From Lama glama (Eukaryota): a stretch of 64,000 nt of DNA. The translations under genes were made by a program, and so were the position numbers. Below are positions 54,101-64,000 of this stretch, in pieces (position 1 is the stretch's first letter; each line of letters opens with the position of its first letter). The notes beneath the pieces are model-generated. The model saw only the letters and a program-made list of their open reading frames with translations. It had not been told where the DNA came from and searched no databases. Where the stretch lies: assembly GCA_028534125.1 (NCBI GenBank), contig CM052820.1, forward strand, positions 69,688,001 through 69,752,000, given 5' to 3'.

Positions 54101-56264
54101 CCTCCCCACTTGTGTTATCTTTTGGCTAGAAGCCTGGGAAAAGGAAGGGAGGGCACATTTAGTTCATTCTCTTTTTCTGCCCTGCCTTTATTCTCCTTGT
54201 CACCCCTCCCAGCTTGCTAGTCTGTTTCCAGTGCCCACGCACTTCTCTACATTGGTAGGAAGAGAGGAAAAGGGGTAAGGTTGGTAAGGCCTGATAAAGA
54301 GATAGCAAGGAAACTGGTTCCATTATAAGCTGACCTATCTCTGAGCCTGACCGATATTTAAAATTACTCTCCTGAGGGTTGTGTGTGTGTTTGTATGTGT
54401 CTGTCTGTCTGTCTGTCTCTGTGTCTGTGTGTGCATGTGCAAGCTATTTGGAGGTTTTCTGCTAGAGTTCTCTAGTTTCATTTCCCTTGGCCAAGGTACA
54501 TGAAACTCTGTGCTTGTAATTTTGCATCCCTAAATAACCGATTCATGTCCATCTTCTTGTTTGCATAATGTATAACCGCTGGACTGAAGACATCCCTAAA
54601 CCAACATACTGTCCTGTGTGATCCAGTTTGGTCCATGAAATTATTTGTAAACCTTCTGTCCCAATGTCCCACTAAACTCTGGGAGTGTAGACACTGTACA
54701 AATCAACCACCACTAAGTATTCTGCCACCAGAGTCCACGTTAGCTTTTTCAGATGTGAGACTTTCTCAAGTCGTGAGTGGTGTATATTTGGAAAAAACTA
54801 ACAATTCAGAGATCTCTTAGTGGTCCCATTGAAGCTCATTCATTAGATTTGAGGTTAAAAAGTACCCTTTCATTCTCGCTTTTCTGCCACCTTTGGAGAC
54901 TGACAGCTGGGGATTAGATACTAACATAACAGCAGCGTTACCTGTCTTCAAAGAAGTCTCCTAAAACCCTCCCCTCTTTACATGGTATTTCTCTTTACAC
55001 CATTGATCTGGTTGAGATGTTTAAGAGTTGTAGAAATAATTCTGACCTAGTTGATTGTAAAATACGAGGACTTCTTCCCTCACATCTACTTTGATTTTTT
55101 TAAATTATTTTGGCTTCTGAGCAACACTTTAATATCCCGTTACAAATGTCACAGGGAGTTACTGTCACTCCTGATCCTGCAAAAGTGATCAAATCGCGGG
55201 ATGTTCTAATAGTCACTAGACAGTGGTCCAAATGACACTGGGAAAGGAAATACAAGAAACGCAAAGGTCAGACTATTCTGAAAATTTACTTAAATGTATA
55301 GACGGCAACAAATAGTATTTTCACTCACCTTCATACTCAGTTTTTTTTTTATCTGGCTTTAATATCAACTAGGTTCCTGATTTTTAACTTCAATGATTTT
55401 GCAAGGCTTAAAACCGAGTCTGTACAAATTAAGAAGTGTAAACAACACCAGCAACATGAGCGCACACACAAAGAGCTCCCGAGGCTCATGACGGTGCCCT
55501 CACTAGACATGAGGTGAAAGAGCATCTCTCACCTCTTATCCTGTCCTCCAATTGTAACAACTCAGGTGTCAGCGCTGCCTGTCATTTACATCTGTAAAGA
55601 ATACCAGATGTGGCATGTTTTCTAAAATATTGTGTTTCTGGTCTGTAAACAATATCATCTGAATTAATTTTCTGTACAAAGTCTTCAGAACGACAAAATA
55701 TATAAAGGTTGTACATAAAAATTATTATTATTATTATTTCCAGTCTCAGAGTGGTACTGGTTGTCAAGATGGATGAAAAAAGATTGCTCATTCACCATGC
55801 CTCAGAAGTCATATAATTTTTCCTATTAATCAGTTTCCACTGCTTATACTGTTTTATCTTATGCCCCAAAGAAAAGTATGTTACTTTTGGATACCACAGT
55901 CATGAGTTGTGAATTGACCAAGTTAGGTTATGGGGATTATACTCCAGACAGAGGAACCTAAAGCACCTCGCCAGGAGGATATACATCCCACACCTGCTCC
56001 ATCACAGATTTATTTCATGGCAACTTTTGCCAGATACATTTAACTACATTTAAATTCAAAAGTCTTAGATTAAATGTCAATCAGATTTGTCATCTGATAC
56101 CACGTAGACAAAAATCTTTAAGTAACTGATCTTCTCATTTCTTTTCCCTGACCAAATGGTGAATTAACTGGTACTTTTTTGTTCTATCCAGAAGTGGCTG
56201 CAATTTTTACTCCAAACACCTGTATTTTTCTTCCAATAAATTCTAGCTGTTTTAATAATTGCAT

Positions 56265-58510
56265 TTTTAAAAATCACACTTATTACTGAATAATTTACAT
56301 ACAGCAAAATACACTTGTTTTTTTAAGTTAGTAAACATTTTAATGTATTCAGTTGAGGAACCACTAACACAGTTAGGCTGGAATATTCCCATCACCCTGA
56401 AAAGTCCCTTAGTCCCTAACAACCACTGATCTGATTTCTATTCTTATCTGATTTATTTTTCTGTAGTTTACTTTTTCTGAAATGTCAGAAAAATTTAATC
56501 ATTTCATGTATAGCTTTTGAGTTTGGTTTGCCTTACTTAGATAATTTTTGAGATTTTGTGGTTGTTGTTGACTGTATCAGACGTTCGTTCTTTTCTTCAT
56601 GTTGGGTTGTGTTATACTGTTGGATGTAACACAAAACTTTTGTTGGTGTTCAGTTGGGTTGTTTCAAGTTTGGTCAGTTTTGAGGAAAGCTGTTATAAAC
56701 ATTTGTATACAGTAAGTTATGTGGACATGTGTTTTCATTTCTAAAAGTGAATTGCCTGCTAATATGGTATGTGTATGTATAACTTTATAAGAAACTGTCA
56801 AACTCTTCATTTTGTTCAAAATGTTTTTCAGAGTGGCTGGGTCATTTTGCTTTCCCAACATCAAGGTGTAGGAGTTCCAGTTGCTCTGCCTTCTCTTTGG
56901 CACATAGTATATTATCAGGCTTTTTTATTTGATCCATGGTGATAGGTGCTTGTAGATAACTCATTGTTTAAATTTAAAGGTCTCCACATCAAAGTCATAT
57001 AAAGATCTGATTCTATTTACAGCTTTAACTCTTTGGTTGACCAGTTTATCTCAATGAGTTGTTTGTCTTTTTTTTGGTTTATGTATTTCTCATAATTATT
57101 TATTGAATTTCAAATAGTGTATGTAGGAAAACCTTAGAGATTTAAATAAGTGAAATTTATGCTGGAGATAATGAGTACATTTCTTGTGTCAGTGTTTTAG
57201 TGTGAAAGTTTGGTTGATCTGTTCAGTAATTGATCTGGGATTGGAGTTTGTTCTTCTAGGTACCTTTGGTGAACCAAATCTTTCAGATTCTTCCAGTGAT
57301 GGGCTGAGCCTACCTTGTGCTTAGTGTATCCTGGAGTATGAGTGTTCCATCTTCAGCTCTCAGTAATCCCTGTATGGCTGCTTCTCTGAAGGGTATCGCT
57401 GCATACTCTTGTCCTCTCCTTAATTGTCAGCTAATGTGATCTGTTTATAACTGGGAGGCTCGTAGAGTCTGAATGAGGGCCTGTCTGTTCTCTTGGTCTG
57501 GCCTTTGGTCCTAGATTCTGTGGTTCTGGGCTTTGGAGATGGGTCTTTCTGTGTATCACCTCCCCTGTCAGCCAGTATCTGCCATGTATCTCTGGGTGAT
57601 ATTGGACTAGAGATAATCTCTTGCTCTGTGCCCCAGGGCAGCAAATATCTGGTTTTTGCATCAACCCAGGATTATGGGTCCAAAAAACTTTATTGTACCT
57701 CCCCCAGGGACAAACAGCTTTATTGTACCTCCCCCGGGGACAAACAGCTTTGCTGCTACTCTTCTCCCAGTGTCACTGTGCCTTTGTTTTGCACCATTGG
57801 CAGTAGAGTTTCTTGTCTTTCTCCAAGCGTTAGACTAGTGTTTCTTGTTGTGAGTCCACCAACTTGTGGTGGGACTAGGGGTGTTTCTTACCCGTCTCTC
57901 AGAGTCACATGGCTTCTGCCTCCCACCATGGCAGCTTATCTTTGCAGCTCACTTTAGCTTTGGGGAAGAGAAGATTTTCTGCCCTTTGCTAGTGGCAGAT
58001 GAGTTTTGATTCTTTACCTCCCTCACAGGCCGCAGATCTCTGCCTTGCTTCTGGGAGCGGGAAGGTCGCCTCCCCCTTCCCCAGTGGTTGCGTGAGGGAA
58101 ACATCTGGGCTAGGTTGGGTTTCATGTGCGTGAGACATGCCAGGCTGTCTCTCAGTTCTCTTGCTGTGCCGTTGCTATTTCTCTTGTAAACTTAGTGAAA
58201 GGAATCCTTGGATCAGGGTTTCTCACATTAAATCACATTTGGTTTCAAAAATTCTTTTACTAGTTGAGCTTTTGTAAAAGACTGCTTTTATGGCCGTTGC
58301 CTCTTCTTCCTGTGCTCTGGAAGAGGTACAAATAATCTTGCGTTCTGTTTTTACTGGTCGAGGCCGGTCACTCTGATTTCTTTACGTCTTGTTGCCTTGG
58401 GATCCCAGCTTTTACTTGGACTCAACAGAAGTTGCAATCTTGTAGATTATTGGTCTTTCTCTTATTATTAGCTGTTTCGATATTCTTTGGCACCTTTCTG
58501 CCTCCAGAAT
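56265..58510 (-). mobile_element. Old L1 (L1MD/L1ME-type) antisense; 3' end at 56265-56990 joined to more 5'-like sequence
   Basis: aataatttacatacagcaaaatacac, aaccactgatctgatttcta, ttataagaaactgtcaaact and tttcagagtggctgggtcattttgctttcccaacatc are typical L1 antisense. The assignment of 57000-58510 is less certain. Confidence 0.6.
57688..57751. repeat. 30-bp tandem duplication
   Basis: ctttattgtacctccccc(a/g)gggacaaacag twice, 29/30 identical, followed by cttt. Confidence 0.95.
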
Positions 58511-58884
58511 AAAGCTCAATTCTGCATGTCTCTAATTCATTCATACAAAGGGAATTTGAAGAACGGCACTGAAATATTTTTTAGACTACTTTCTCTTCCT
58601 TCACCACAGCATTAGAATCAGTTTTTGAAACTAGCTGAGTTCTACTTGGGAATACGTGTGAATCCCTTGTGCTGCTTTTAAACATCCATAGTTGACACAT
58701 AAAGTAACTTCACCTGTTGCAAAAAGATTTCGGTATTTTCTACTTTCAGTAAGCTCATTTTGTATTATATTTTAACTAAAAATAAATAGTAGTGATGGGA
58801 CTTTTCATTTTGCGAAAAAGAAAGATTGGTTAATGTATCACACTGTCAGAAAAAAAATCTGTTATTAAAGAGATGAAAAAATAT

Positions 58885-59978
58885 TAAAATACTAAAAGCA
58901 TTTTGCACAGAGAAGGAGACCATCAACAAAATGAAAAGCCATCCTAATGAATGGGAGAGGATATTTGCAGACAATATATTTGATGAGCGGTTAGTATCCA
59001 AAATTTATAACGAACTCATATAACTAAACATCAAAAAAAATCTATTAAAAATTGGCAGAGGACCTCACTAGACATATTTCCAAAAGAGACAGATGGCCAA
59101 TAGATATATGGAAAGGTGCTCAACATCACTAATAGTCAAGTGGAAATCAAACCCACAGGATGTCATCTTATTCCTGTCAGAATGGCTGTAAGAAAAAAAA
59201 TAACAAGTAAGTGTTGGCAAGGATGTGGAGGAAAGGGGACATTCATACACTGTTGGTTGAAATGTAAGTGAGTGTGGCCACCATGGAAATCAGGATGGAG
59301 TTTCCTCAAAATTTTAAAAATAAAACTACTGCAGATCCAGCAATTCAACTTCTGAGGATTTACCAGAAAAAACACAAACACTTGATTCAAAAAGATACAT
59401 GCATCACAGTGTTCACTGCAACATTGCTTACAGTAGCTGAGATATGAAAGCAACCTAAATCCATCAATAGATCAATGGACAAAGAAGATGGATAGATCCA
59501 TGGATTAAGTATGTATATGTATAATACTCTGCCATAAAGAAAAATAAAATTTTTGCCATTTGCAAGAACATGGATGGACCTTCAGGGCATTATGCTAAGT
59601 AAAATAAGTGAGAGAGGGAAAGACAAATACTGTATCATCTCACTTATATGTGGAATCAAAGAAAACCAAATGCACAAACATAAAATGAAAAGACTCAGAT
59701 ACAGAGAATAAACAGGTGATTGCCAGAGAAGAGGGATTTGTGCAGGAGGACAAAATATGTAAAGAGGAGTAAGAGGGACAAACTTTCAGCTATAAACAAG
59801 TCATAGGGATGTAATATACAGCATAAGGAATATGCTCAATAATATAGTAACTTTATGTGGGGATAGGTGGCTATTAGACTTACCATGATCATCACTTTGT
59901 AATGTGTATAAATGTCAAATCACTGTTGTATCCCTGAAATTAATGTAATATTATATGTCAACTATATTTCAATTAAAA
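58885..59978 (+). mobile_element. 5'-truncated L1 (ORF2 C-terminus plus 3' UTR; L1MA9-like or laurasiatherian)
   Basis: ttttgcacagagaaggagaccatcaacaaaatgaaaag...gaatgggagaggatatttgca...agtgttggcaaggatgtggag...cattatgctaagtaaaataagt...atgtcaactatatttcaattaaaa; ORF2 is disrupted. Confidence 0.92.
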
Positions 59979-62900
59979 TGCATGCAGAGCCATATATACT
60001 TATATGAACTAAACTCCCAGACACACTGATATATAAACAACATGAGCAAAAAAAATGTTTTGCAGACATGATAATTTAATTTATATAAGCATGTTAATTT
60101 TTTTGATAAGATTGATAAACTGTTTATGGTGATTACCTCTAGGGAGGGCCATGTGAATTATTATATTCACATCTGACTGTCCTTTTAAAATATGTGCAAC
60201 ATGAAATTAATTTATATCTTAAGTTAGAATTTAAAAGAAAATAGCTCTTGCAAAGCAAAGAAATGCAATTATGGGTAAGCATGCAGAAAAAGAGCTTGAA
60301 TGCAATTAGTGAAACTGTGATCATTTTTGTTCACATTAATATGAGTTGGTTGCTTTAAACATGGGTAGCTTCTTTAAAAAAGAAAAGAATAGCCATAAAT
60401 TTTCATCTTACTTCTCAAATGGAAATTTTTTTAATTGAGTTTGTTTTTTGCCTGTTAAGCCCTTTTCCCAAATCTTCATAGCACTGAATGTCTTTCTTTT
60501 ATGTTTTCATGAGGGCTTTTTTCCTTAAATAGAGTTCTTTCTCTTCGAATTAGGAGATGATATAGTAGCAGAATATGAATGATTCTTTATTGAATATCAC
60601 TTACCTATCCTTGCATTATGACATTATAAATTCTCTAGCACATCCAACATTAGCGATTACAAGAAAGGAAATTGTTTTATTTCTTACTGATTTTTTCATC
60701 ACATAGCATTTTTAAAGTAGTAATATTTTATCATCCAAGGTATTTATTTAAAAGAAAAAGTCTCCAAATTTTGCATTTAATGCTCCTGAGAACAGTGGTG
60801 GCATATGTCAAACAGTGGGGTGTGGTATATCTTCAGCCTGATTAAGTGATATGTCTCCATATGAAAATCTGTGTGTATTCATATGTGTGATTTTCTCTCT
60901 GATTCGATTATTTGTAGATGGTGTCTATAAAAAAACAAGGTGTTTTCTGTAGTTCAAAATATTTAAATATTTTTAAGGCTCTACTAGTTAAGGACTTAAT
61001 TTTTCTTCTAGGTATTTGGCAATCTCTGAAGTTATGAGAATGATAATCATATTGAAACAATAAGTATTCTTCACTGGTATTCTGGAGTGAATAAGCTAGC
61101 CACACATTCTCAATCCCCCATTATTTCCTTCCTACCCCCAGATTCATAGTGCTTACATTCATTGAGTCATTCATTTCCTTTAGTTTTATAAATGTTTTTC
61201 AAGCCTTTAGTTCTGATCTCTACTAGGGGTTTCAAGCATAGATTATATTTCTGTCCTGCCCTCCTGTTCTATAGAGACAAGTGGAAACATTGGCTTGTCC
61301 ACACTTCAGTAAACTTAACAAGGCAGTAAGTGGTGAGTGTCAGGGATGGGATGGGATATGGTACTAAGGGAGTTTAAAGGACAGACAGATTTCACAGGGC
61401 TAATAAGAGAAGATTTGTGTAGCAGATAGAATACTCTTTTGGCCTTGAAAAGACGTAAAGGATTTAGAAAATCGGAAAAATGCAACAAGAGAGAGAAAAG
61501 GAAGTAAAAACAGCACAGAGATGAGAAAGTAAAATATGCTTATGGGAGTAGGGAAATGGGCTAACATTTATTAAATAGTGTGTTTTGTAAGTGCTTTTTA
61601 TGTTACTTCATTTTATCTTCACAATGACCAAATAAGGGGAAGTCGTAGTTTAAAAAATTTTACAAAGACTAAAATGAAAGGCAACCAGAAGGTATACACT
61701 ACTTTTACTCTGACACAGAAGTCCGTGTTTTCTCCAGAAAAGCACCTTGATTAACTAAAGATATTATCATCCAGCACAGATGCTTGGATCATGGGGCTTA
61801 TAAAAGATGTTAGTTGCAAGTAATTGTGGAAGTCTTGTATGTCACTGGAAGGAAAGTTGGAATTACTCATGAGGTGATGGTGAGTCATTCGCTTACTCAT
61901 TCAGACAACTCTTATCTATTGAGATCATGTTATATGTAGGTAATGTTCTAAGACCTGGAGATGCACCAGTGAACAAAACAGGTAATATCTTAGAGATATT
62001 GGAAAACATTGTGAAAACACAGGTTTGGTATATGGATAAAAGAGGGGGGAAAACCCTAAACTCTTTTAGATATTTTATTATTAAAAGAAGTACATTTACT
62101 TCCCAGATTTATAAAGGCAAAGTAGCATATGGTAGCTCTTTATCTCAGACCAAGTTTATTCTAGACTCCCACCTGTTCTCGGAAACTATATTGTGTGTCC
62201 TCATACCTTTTGCCCCCACCATCAGGAAGAAAAAAAAAGAAAGAAAAAATCAGAGAAATGAGGAATACCTCAGACCTTTCTTAAATGAGATACCTGTCAA
62301 CTTTCTTTCCTCTGTATCTATTAACTTTTATTTTCGATTCACTCACTATTCCTGTGGCATTGAAAAGAATACATGCAAAATATGTATTTGGGCTCCGGGT
62401 TTTTTCAGATATTAACGACAAATTAGCTGTCATTTAGTGTATTATGCAGTATTTAGACAACTTAAATGAATATATTATAGTGATACTAGTATATTTGGGT
62501 GGTAGTGGTCTGATAATGATATGAAATATTTTAATACACATCTGTTTTCTTCTTTGGTTATGAAACAGTTGCCTTCACAGGATAGCAGTGTTTTCCCAGC
62601 TCCAAAATTAGCCCTTTGATTTCTGTTACTGAAACAAGTTTTCATAAACCTTTATTGTACATCAAAGAAGAATGTGCACATTTTGAGTCAGAGAATTACC
62701 CTAATATTTTAGCTGTTAGGGTATTTGTAACTTGTCTCAAATTTCAAATTGTAAAATTTAGCTCACTATTATTTCAGGTAAAAAGCAAAATGTACCCTTT
62801 TTGATATTAAAAATCATATCTAGGGATGTTTTCATATAATGAAAAACCATTTTGAGATAAAATATTTCCAAGATATATATCACAGTGTTTAGCCATGAAG

Positions 62901-63185
62901 TGTTTAGCATTTATCTTATTAAAGAATATGATATATATAGAATTTCAGTGAAATTTGATCTGCTCTCAGACTGCATGTTTTAAAAAGTCTAGTAGTTTGT
63001 AATACTATTCTACTAGCTACAGATACCTAATTTAATATTCTTCAGTAATTTTGCCAAAAATTATTGCAAAGAATTTTTCACTTGATGGCAAGTAAATTCA
63101 TATTTAGGGAAATCAAAATGGACTTTAAAATATTTGAGAAATATGACTTCATTCATTTCCAAAGTAGAACTTCAGCTTCATAAAG

Positions 63186-63382
63186 CAGGGGTAGCTGTGT
63201 TTTCCATATATTTGGTAACATCTGGATTCACTCCTGATTGCCACAGCTGGGGAAGGAGGTGATACTGGCAGCTTGTAGGCAGAGGCTAGTGCTGCTCAAC
63301 ATTGTGCTGGGCACAGGACAGCCCCCACAACAAAGAATTACCTGGTCCAACATGTCAGCAGTGCCAGTGTTGAGAAACCCTG
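63186..63382 (+). mobile_element. MER20 (hAT-Charlie) MITE
   Basis: gcacaggacagcccccacaacaaagaatta...gttgagaaaccctg is the MER20 3' half. Termini are CAGGG...CCCTG, and the flanking 8-mers tcataaag and tcctagag (6/8) fit a decayed hAT target-site duplication. Confidence 0.85.
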
Positions 63383-63387
63383 TCCTA

Positions 63388-63820
63388 GAGGCTGGCAGGG
63401 AGTAAACCTGCCACCCCTGCATAGGTGCCAAAAGCAGAGCATGAGACTTAAGGTAGTTTATTACTCACAGCACAGAGTATCGGTAGCTGCACTGGTCCCC
63501 GTCACCAAGTCTTGCAAGGCAGTGTCATGGGCCCAGATGGATGGATGCTAGGTGAGGAGTGGGCTGAGGGACCCACAGCCTGGGGATCAGGACCTGTTGA
63601 ACAAACAGCCAACATGTTGCAAACTTAAAGTTTCCAACTCTCCCCATCTTGTGGAGTGAACCATCCCACAGTAGCCACCCTGTGTTCACCTTGATTTAGT
63701 TGCCTGTGTGACTAGCTGTAGAAGTTATTCAGTATCAGAATCAGACAAGCCTTAGGGCTCCACACACTCAGGAAAGTCCATGGATACTCTAGGTCCCCTG
63801 GGGCCTGCCTCTCCTAATAC
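63388..63820 (-). mobile_element. ERVL-type LTR (MER74/MER73-like)
   Basis: GC-richer block with gtttattactcacagcac (antisense AATAAA) ending cctgcctctcctaata. Confidence 0.5.
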
Positions 63821-64000
63821 TCACCAATAAGAGCCTGGAAACAAGGACAACGTCATAATAAAGGCTCACTTAGTTCTGTTCATGAGGATTTTACATCCAA
63901 TCACCTTAAAAGCGTCTCACCTAAGTATTCTTAAATTCTTAAGGGGAAAATACTGTTCATTTAAGTTGTTTATTTCTCTACATAACCCAAAATATCCTGT

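Noticed and set aside
57493-57957. 154-aa ORF with a repeated KQLYCTSP motif
   Set aside because: The peptide repeat simply reflects the 30-bp DNA duplication within decayed L1-like sequence.

Overview
AT-rich mammalian genomic DNA that is almost entirely intronic. The window lies inside the LRP1B gene (LDL-receptor-related protein 1B, + strand). Four coding exons splice in frame through canonical GT-AG sites: 36462-36684, 39696-39867, 42774-42917 and 47288-47524 (223/172/144/237 nt, the sizes I recall for human exons 8-11). They encode the end of a YWTD beta-propeller, an EGF module and the start of the next propeller. The first ~36 kb and last ~16 kb are flanking introns containing old eutherian repeats (L2, MIR, L1M, MLT/LTR16, Tigger, MER20, MER102). 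A camelid-type L1 3' end, with no Alu, Bov-A, PRE-1 or Can-SINE recognised, suggests a camel or alpaca genome. There is a 132-nt N gap at 35506-35637. All other ORFs in the track look spurious. I found no convincing new biological system. The two most unusual signals are (i) a rearranged, splice-dead partial copy of exon 10 about 1.2 kb downstream in intron 10, with an apparently circularly permuted junction, and (ii) a nested imperfect palindrome at ~22.1-22.3 kb. Repeat-family names, exon numbers and comparisons with the human protein come from memory and need database confirmation. Repeat boundaries are approximate.
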